Positions 57,958 to 64,000 of a stretch of 64,000 nt of DNA are shown here, one piece after another (the stretch's first letter is position 1; every line of letters starts with the position of its first letter). Where the stretch lies: the NCBI GenBank assembly GCA_031549455.1, contig JAVBPT010000005.1, forward strand, positions 31,993 to 95,992, in the 5' to 3' direction. Origin of the DNA: Eubacteriales bacterium (GTDB lineage Bacteria > Bacillota > Clostridia > Lachnospirales > JAKSVV01). A program made the position numbers and the translations under genes. The notes beneath the pieces were generated by a model. It saw nothing but the letters and a program-made list of their open reading frames with translations. It ran no database searches and was not told the origin of the DNA.

Positions 57958-59703
57958 TTATTGTAAGAGTTGTAGCACGCCTCTTGGTTGTTGCATTGCT
58001 TGAGCAAGCATTGATTGAGCTGCTTGTTGAAGAATGTTGTTCTTCGTAAAGTTCATCATTTCTTTGGCCATATCTACGTCCCTAATACGGGATTCGGCTG
58101 CTTGCATATTTTCTGCTCCGGTGTTTAGATTATTGATGGTGTATTCAAGCCGGTTTTGAATTGCTCCATATTTACTTCTTTCCTGTGATACTTTATTTAG
58201 GGCGGCATCTAATTTTATAATCGCCTTATTGGCACTGTCGGCAGTGGTTACATCCAGGGATCTTTCCACATTTGTAGAAGTGGTTCCGTTGGTCACATTT
58301 CTTTCTTTGTAATATTCATCTCCTCCGGTGGGTGGCACAGCACCTGAACCGGTGATGCCAAGTGCTTCTGCACGCATATCATTAAAGGATAATTTGATAG
58401 ACTGATACGCGTTTGCTCCCACATGGAAAGCTGCGGAATTATCTGCTTCGCCGTGTTTTAATGTTTCGGTCCCAATAAACTCGGCAAGATCCACGGTGAT
58501 GCTCGCATTTTCTTTATTTGCGGCAGCGTTGGCGGTTGCGCCAAAATCAAACGAAATCCCATTGGCGGAAATGGTTTTATTTCCAGCGGCCATCGCAGCG
58601 CCTAGAGAGAACTCCTCAGAGCTAATCACCTTATTACTGGAGTCCATATAATTTACCGTGATTTTTGCATTGGTTGCACTGGACAGATCAGAAGCCTGAA
58701 TACTAACCTTGGTTACGCCGGCGAGCCTTTGATCATTTATCCCTCCTGTGACCGCCAGATTTTTCAGGGTGAAATTGCCGCCCTCATTTGTGGTCCATGA
58801 GTTTTCGGTTGTGTAGGTACCCGCCGCATTGACTGTACCAGTGCTAGATCCTTTTGTAAGATCTATGGTTACGGTCGAACCATCTTTGGCATTATCATAC
58901 TCAGATTTGGAGATGGAAAAGGTAATGCCGTTATTGTTATATTCATATTGATCTCCGTTTAAAACCATCTGGTCCGCATCAATCTTAATGGAGCCATTTG
59001 CAGCGGTTTGGCTTGTTGCTTGGATGTCCACTTTAAAGGTTCCAGCACCCGCATCTTTTGTAATGGTAACGGTGTTTAATCCATCTGTTCCACCTTTTAG
59101 ATTGCCCCAGTCCGTGTTGGCGGCACCCGTTGTAATCTTAATGCCGGCATTTCCAGAGCCATCTGTGATGGCAAAGTGATCGGATGTTAGACCCCAGGAC
59201 GCCTTCGGCGAATACTGTATTTTAGAGTCATCAACGCTTCCGGTTCTTGCCACCGTTCTTTCGGAGGCGGAAGCGAGTTCGGATTTGCTTCCGTCAAGTA
59301 GATTCATCCCATTGAATTGTGTGGTATTTCCAATTCGGTTGATTTCGGATGTGAGCTGGCTCATTTCGTTTTGCAGAGCGGCTCTATCAATCTCTTGGTT
59401 GGTATCATTGGCAGACTGAACCGCAAGTTCTCTCATTCTTTGTAAAATAGAGTGGGTTTCTGTGAGCGCCCCTTCGGCGGTTTGAATCATACTGATTCCA
59501 TCCATTGCATTTCTTGAAGCTTGGTTTAGTCCTCTAATCTGTGCTCTCATCTTTTCAGAAATGGATAGCCCTGCGGCATCATCTCCTGCACGGTTAATTC
59601 TTGAACCGGATGATAATTTTTCCATTGATTTCTGTTGAGACGATGCTGTAATTCCTAAATTTTTATAAGTATTCATAGCTGGCATATTGTGCGCTATAAT
59701 CAT
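57958..59703 (-). CDS. fliC: Flagellin (long form, 581 aa)
   Basis: It has the conserved N-terminus ([13 protein letters not shown]...[23 protein letters not shown]) and C-terminus ([14 protein letters not shown]...LLQ), with a Thr/Ser/Gly/Asn-rich central domain. Confidence 0.9.
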   Translation of the reverse strand: MIIAHNMPAMNTYKNLGITASSQQKSMEKLSSGSRINRAGDDAAGLSISEKMRAQIRGLNQASRNAMDGISMIQTAEGALTETHSILQRMRELAVQSANDTNQEIDRAALQNEMSQLTSEINRIGNTTQFNGMNLLDGSKSELASASERTVARTGSVDDSKIQYSPKASWGLTSDHFAITDGSGNAGIKITTGAANTDWGNLKGGTDGLNTVTITKDAGAGTFKVDIQATSQTAANGSIKIDADQMVLNGDQYEYNNNGITFSISKSEYDNAKDGSTVTIDLTKGSSTGTVNAAGTYTTENSWTTNEGGNFTLKNLAVTGGINDQRLAGVTKVSIQASDLSSATNAKITVNYMDSSNKVISSEEFSLGAAMAAGNKTISANGISFDFGATANAAANKENASITVDLAEFIGTETLKHGEADNSAAFHVGANAYQSIKLSFNDMRAEALGITGSGAVPPTGGDEYYKERNVTNGTTSTNVERSLDVTTADSANKAIIKLDAALNKVSQERSKYGAIQNRLEYTINNLNTGAENMQAAESRIRDVDMAKEMMNFTKNNILQQAAQSMLAQAMQQPRGVLQLLQ

Positions 59704-59799
59704 ATTTTACTTCCTCCTATAGATTTTTTTGAAACTATTTTTAGTATGATTTAAAAAGAAAATTTTATACATTTTTTACATAAAAAAGGCTAGTTGGAA

Positions 59800-60528
59800 C
59801 TAGCCTTTGATTTCATTGATGTGGAAATTGATGTTGTCGATAAATGCTTTTGTTTCACCGGTGTATTCAGAATCCAGCCCAATCACTAAAAATAATTCTC
59901 CTTGTGGACTAGATTTTATCTTTGTCTCATAATTAAATTTCTTGGTTTCATATTTTGTGTCACTTGCGGTGGAGAGATCTCCCACCTTTTTTAGATCGGT
60001 CCCATCATTTGCACCTGTTCCCTTATTGCCGCGAAAAGCCATGTTTCCATCTTTTTCCTCAGGGAGAGGAAGTGTATTCATCACACCTGTTTTTACATAA
60101 ACCTTATTCCCCTTTTCTGTATTTCCGGCATTTGAAATAACTTCAAAATCATATTTTATATCATACTCGGTATCAGGCTTAAGGCCGTCTGTATCATTAA
60201 GCGTTTTACGAATATAGATAAATGCGGTTTTTCCAACATTGTTCATTGAAACCATGAGTCCGCGAGTGGGTGAAGTGACATCAAGAGGCACTTGTTCGTG
60301 GGTAAAGTTTAGATTATACTTTTCTTCGTCCCCGGCAGGAATATCTGTAATGCCAGAACCAAAGTTGGATGCGGCATCATTAAAGTCATACGTAATGGTT
60401 TTTGTAAGTGTGGTGTTGTTTTCATTGTTATCTACATTGGTATTGTTGTTGTCTGTGTTATCTGTGGTTTGACCACATCCTACAACCAAAAATCCAATGA
60501 GTAGCGTACAAAAAAATAATATTTTTTT
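59800..60528 (-). CDS. Lipoprotein, unknown function
   Basis: It has a signal peptide with a lipobox (LIGFLVVGC) followed by an Asn/Thr-rich linker. The terminator overlaps the stop. Confidence 0.65.
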   Translation of the reverse strand, partial: KKILFFCTLLIGFLVVGCGQTTDNTDNNNTNVDNNENNTTLTKTITYDFNDAASNFGSGITDIPAGDEEKYNLNFTHEQVPLDVTSPTRGLMVSMNNVGKTAFIYIRKTLNDTDGLKPDTEYDIKYDFEVISNAGNTEKGNKVYVKTGVMNTLPLPEEKDGNMAFRGNKGTGANDGTDLKKVGDLSTASDTKYETKKFNYETKIKSSPQGELFLVIGLDSEYTGETKAFIDNINFHINEIKG

Positions 60529-60616
60529 CATTATGTCCTCCATAAATTTTAAAATTCATAGGGATAGCATGTGCAAAATATTATTTTTTAAACAGGTTTT
60601 ACAAAATATTTTCATT

Positions 60617-62461
60617 TTATCTGGGATTAATAGTGGGGTCGCCATATAGCGGAGCAACAAATGATCTTCCAAGTGGGTCGATCTTTTCCATATATTTATC
60701 TGCATTCATCGGATATTCATATTTATAGATTCGGTCCAATATAATGGACATTGTGCCGGCTGTTATGGTATCAAGCGGTCGAAACGAGTCTTTATTTACA
60801 CCAATCACCAGGTTAAAGAAGTTGAGTTTGGCAATCGGATAATAGGACCACATGGAAGGACTAACGTCTTTAAAGCTGATATCATAAAAGTCAATGGTGT
60901 TTGGAAGAACCAGAACACGTTCTAGGATTGTCACAAGCTCTTCTCGAGTAATGCGCTTGTTGGGCTGATACATGTTGTTATCCGCTCCTTTTATAATGCC
61001 TCTTCTTTTTAAAGCATTTACTTGACCTTTTCCCCAGTAGGAGGTCGTATCCGAGAAGGTGACGCCATTTGGTTCAAGATCTAGGTAGCAAAGTTCGGAA
61101 AGAAGAACCGCCACTTCGCCTTTCGACAAAACGGTATCGGATTTTACCACACGCGTATTTCCAAATTGGTTCAAAATGGAAAGAAGCCGCGCTAGGTTAT
61201 CGATTGGTGGGGGTGTTACCGGAATAGGGATGGGTGTGGTGTCCTCGGGCAGTTCCTTCCCATTTAAAAGGGAAACATAAGAATCCCATATACCAATATT
61301 TTCTTGTCCTAATGCCCAACTGCCGGACCCTTTAAGATCATATTGCTGAATGGTTTCTAGCTTATGCTGAACTGACCTGGCATTATCATACCAAATTGTG
61401 TAGGTTCCCTCGGAAAGCGTTTTACCACCCCAGAGTTTTGGCTTGGCCTCTCCTTTTCCAATAGTGATCACCGTCTTTGTAGATTGGGTGGCCTCGTCAT
61501 AGAGGGTATTGGATGCATAGGTTGCAATTAAGTAATCCACATCCCTGGCTGCAATGCCATAACCACCAATGGCATCGCCTTCTTTCCAGTATCGACCAAA
61601 GAAGGGGATGCCTAACACCACTTTGCTTTTTGCGACACCATTATTTAATGCATATAAAATGGAGTCTTTGAGAAATTGGTTGCTGGAAATAGGGCCGGGA
61701 AGGCCACCCTGATAAGACTCATCATAACACATTAACATCAGATAATCAGAATGGCTTGCGAGCGCTCTGTAGTCATATGAGCCATGCCATCCAGTGGTCC
61801 AACCCTTTGGATTGGCTGCCACCGCCACAGAGACAACTTTATCATTTGGAATTTTTTGACGAAGCAGACGCACAAAATCGGTATAGGCCGAGCGATGCAG
61901 TTCGGTCACATTTTCAATGTCTACATTAATCCCATCCAGGTTGTATTTCTCGATCTGATCTGCGATTTGTGTGGATAAAAGTTCACGGTTGTTTAAAGCT
62001 GCAACGCCCACCGCCCGATTCCAGTGATTGCTGATGAAAGGGGTGATCATTACACCCCTTTTTTGCATTTGGGAGATGAAGGCAGGATCGATTTTGTCAA
62101 TGGGCGTGATGAGTAGGTTTCCAGTGGATGAGATATCAAAGTAGTCCACACAAATCGTACTGATCGCTCCGTTTGTATCATTTAAGGATTTGAGATAGGA
62201 AACGGTTGTGCCCGCATAGAGGTAGGTCAGGACTTCTCGACCTTTTGGAGATGGGATAGTAATCACTTGACCCACCACAATCTTGCTTGAATCAGTAATT
62301 TCCGGATTGCTTTTTATGAGTTGTTGAACACTTAGACCATATTGATTTGCAATCAGCCATAAGGTATCATTGGGTTTTACGGTATAATCGATGGCAATAC
62401 TCCGGGTGTATATGCATAGGAAAAACAAAACGAGTAAGGGAATCCAAAATGGTTTCTTCAC
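60617..62461 (-). CDS. LysM + glycoside hydrolase family 18 + SLH-like C-terminal domain protein
   Basis: It has a LysM module (YTVKPNDTLWLIANQYGLSVQQLIKSNP), the GH18 catalytic DGINVDIE motif and SLH-like C-terminal repeats (FSDTTSYWGKGQVNAL...ITREELVTILERVL). Confidence 0.8.
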   Translation of the reverse strand: MKKPFWIPLLVLFFLCIYTRSIAIDYTVKPNDTLWLIANQYGLSVQQLIKSNPEITDSSKIVVGQVITIPSPKGREVLTYLYAGTTVSYLKSLNDTNGAISTICVDYFDISSTGNLLITPIDKIDPAFISQMQKRGVMITPFISNHWNRAVGVAALNNRELLSTQIADQIEKYNLDGINVDIENVTELHRSAYTDFVRLLRQKIPNDKVVSVAVAANPKGWTTGWHGSYDYRALASHSDYLMLMCYDESYQGGLPGPISSNQFLKDSILYALNNGVAKSKVVLGIPFFGRYWKEGDAIGGYGIAARDVDYLIATYASNTLYDEATQSTKTVITIGKGEAKPKLWGGKTLSEGTYTIWYDNARSVQHKLETIQQYDLKGSGSWALGQENIGIWDSYVSLLNGKELPEDTTPIPIPVTPPPIDNLARLLSILNQFGNTRVVKSDTVLSKGEVAVLLSELCYLDLEPNGVTFSDTTSYWGKGQVNALKRRGIIKGADNNMYQPNKRITREELVTILERVLVLPNTIDFYDISFKDVSPSMWSYYPIAKLNFFNLVIGVNKDSFRPLDTITAGTMSIILDRIYKYEYPMNADKYMEKIDPLGRSFVAPLYGDPTINPR

Positions 62462-62573
62462 TTTTTATCTCCTTCTAAGAAGACTTTTATATATTGTTTG
62501 TGGTTTTTTCGATCATATTCATCGTATTCAAAAAACATAAAACAAATGTTTTATGTTTTCATAGTATATCTAA

Positions 62574-64000
62574 TTAAAAATTTCCGTAATAAGCATCTTT
62601 TAAAATTTGTTCAAGCTCTGAGACTAAAGGCAGCCTAGGGTTTGCAGTGGTGCATTGATCCTCAAAGGCTCTCTCCGCTAGGTAATTGAGTTTTTGGTGA
62701 AAGGACTCTTCACTCACACCGCAGTCTTGAATAGTCAGAGGGACCTCTAGGCTAGTCATTAATTCTTTAATGGCCTCAATTAAGGAATGAATCCCTTCCT
62801 CATCAGTATAAGCAGGTAGATTTAACCTTCTTGCAATATCTGCATACTTGGTTGGAGCAATATAGGTCTCATATTTCGGGAAGGAAACAAACTTGGTCGG
62901 CACAGCCACGGCGTTATATTTAATAACGTGGGGCAGAAGAATGGCATTGGCTCTACCATGTGAAAGATCAAATTCTCCTCCCAATTTATGTGCCAGTGAG
63001 TGGTTGATTCCCAGGAATGCATTCGTAAAGGCCATTCCAGCCATGGTGGCAGCATTATGCATTTTTTCTCGTGCCACAATGTCTGTGCTACCATTGTCAT
63101 AGGCTCTTTTTAAATTTTTGAACACCAACTCAATGGCTTTTACCGCAAGAGCATCTGTGTAATCAGAAGCAAGTACGGAAACGTAAGCCTCGATGGCGTG
63201 AGTCAATGTATCCAAACCGGTGTCCGCGGTAACCACTTTTGGCAAGGTCATCACAAGCTCGGGATCAATAATCGCTACATTTGGTGTGAGCTCATAATCC
63301 GCAAGAGGATATTTTACGTTAATGGTTTTATCAGTAATAACCGCGAAAGAGGTTACCTCAGAGCCAGTCCCGGATGTGGTTGGGATGGCTACGAAGGTAC
63401 ACTTCTTTGCAATTCGTGGAAGTTTGTAAATTCTTTTTCGGATGTCCATAAATTTTTGTTTCATATCATGAAAATCAATGTCCGGATATTCATGAAGCAG
63501 CCACATTCCTTTGGCTGCATCGATCGGAGATCCACCGCCCAGTGCAATGATGGTATCAGGCTGGAAGTCAGAAAGATTTCTGGCTCCTAGTAGTACTGTG
63601 TTGAAGGATGGATTTGCCTCCACATCATCAAACACCTCATAATGGATGGATTCATCTCTATGGTTTAACTCATTGAGGATCTTATCCACAAAGCCGAGTT
63701 GTACCATTTGTTTGTCTGTCACAATAAAGGCTTTTTTCATATGGGGCATTTTTCTTAAATATTCTATAGAGCCGGCTTCAAAATAGATTCTTTCAGGAAT
63801 TTTAAACCATTGCATATTGACCTTCCTCCTTGCCACTCGTTTTACATTTAATAGATTTTCAACACTCACATTAGAAGTGGTTGAGTTCTTTCCATAAGAT
63901 CCACAACCAAGGGTAAGGGAAGGAACGTTTGTGTTGTAGATGTCGCCGATGGCACCCTGCGAAGAAGGAGCGTTGACAATGATTCTTCCGGTCTTCATTC
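62574..64000 (-). CDS. adhE: Bifunctional aldehyde/alcohol dehydrogenase, C-terminal Fe-ADH part; 5' portion lies beyond the window
   Basis: It has the iron-ADH domain (GGGSPIDAAK, HSLAHKLGGEF) preceded by the ALDH-domain end, and the frame is open to the window end. Confidence 0.85.
   Translation of the reverse strand, partial: MKTGRIIVNAPSSQGAIGDIYNTNVPSLTLGCGSYGKNSTTSNVSVENLLNVKRVARRKVNMQWFKIPERIYFEAGSIEYLRKMPHMKKAFIVTDKQMVQLGFVDKILNELNHRDESIHYEVFDDVEANPSFNTVLLGARNLSDFQPDTIIALGGGSPIDAAKGMWLLHEYPDIDFHDMKQKFMDIRKRIYKLPRIAKKCTFVAIPTTSGTGSEVTSFAVITDKTINVKYPLADYELTPNVAIIDPELVMTLPKVVTADTGLDTLTHAIEAYVSVLASDYTDALAVKAIELVFKNLKRAYDNGSTDIVAREKMHNAATMAGMAFTNAFLGINHSLAHKLGGEFDLSHGRANAILLPHVIKYNAVAVPTKFVSFPKYETYIAPTKYADIARRLNLPAYTDEEGIHSLIEAIKELMTSLEVPLTIQDCGVSEESFHQKLNYLAERAFEDQCTTANPRLPLVSELEQILKDAYYGNF

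Noticed and set aside
1-64000. CRISPR arrays, tRNA/rRNA genes, IS elements, prophage or classical defence systems (restriction-modification, toxin-antitoxin, retron RT, Cas).
   Set aside because: I saw no regularly spaced repeats, cloverleaf-like sequences, transposase, integrase or reverse-transcriptase motifs, or nuclease/methylase signatures on either strand. This is limited by manual inspection.

Overview
This looks like a chromosomal segment from a low-GC, spore-forming, flagellated Firmicute, probably a Clostridia-type organism. Evidence for that is a Spo0E-like gene, YlbJ, several SLH-domain proteins, FlgM and flagellin. Most of the window is ordinary housekeeping: punA, lgt, folD, mscL, murD, cca, msrAB, rsmD, recD2, argS, ligA, relA, dtd, uvrC, nadK, tsaD, rnz and adhE. 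Genes lie almost entirely on + up to about 52.6 kb and entirely on - after that. I saw no rRNA, tRNA, CRISPR array, transposase, integrase or recognisable defence nuclease. The following deserve follow-up. (1) A ~360-nt promoter-to-terminator unit sits right after flgM. It has two tandem 94-nt homologous halves, a 13-bp closing helix and 8-9 GGA motifs, so it may be a structured sRNA and possibly a CsrA sponge; a 58-codon ORF is the alternative reading. (2) Two Cys-cluster small ORFs are too short for the ORF track: 53 aa at 4382-4543(-) and 34 aa at 35553-35657(-). (3) A canonical VirD4/TraG-type coupling ATPase sits in a 3-gene membrane-protein operon next to flagellin, with no other conjugation genes, and a Walker-A-less paralog lies 46 kb away. 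(4) A 1.7-kb AT-rich insert is flanked by perfect 18-bp direct repeats. (5) A ~1613-aa secreted protein follows 1.6 kb of ORF-poor DNA. (6) There is a tandem-fused ThyX with complementary motif loss. All family assignments come from reading motifs by eye; no database search was possible.
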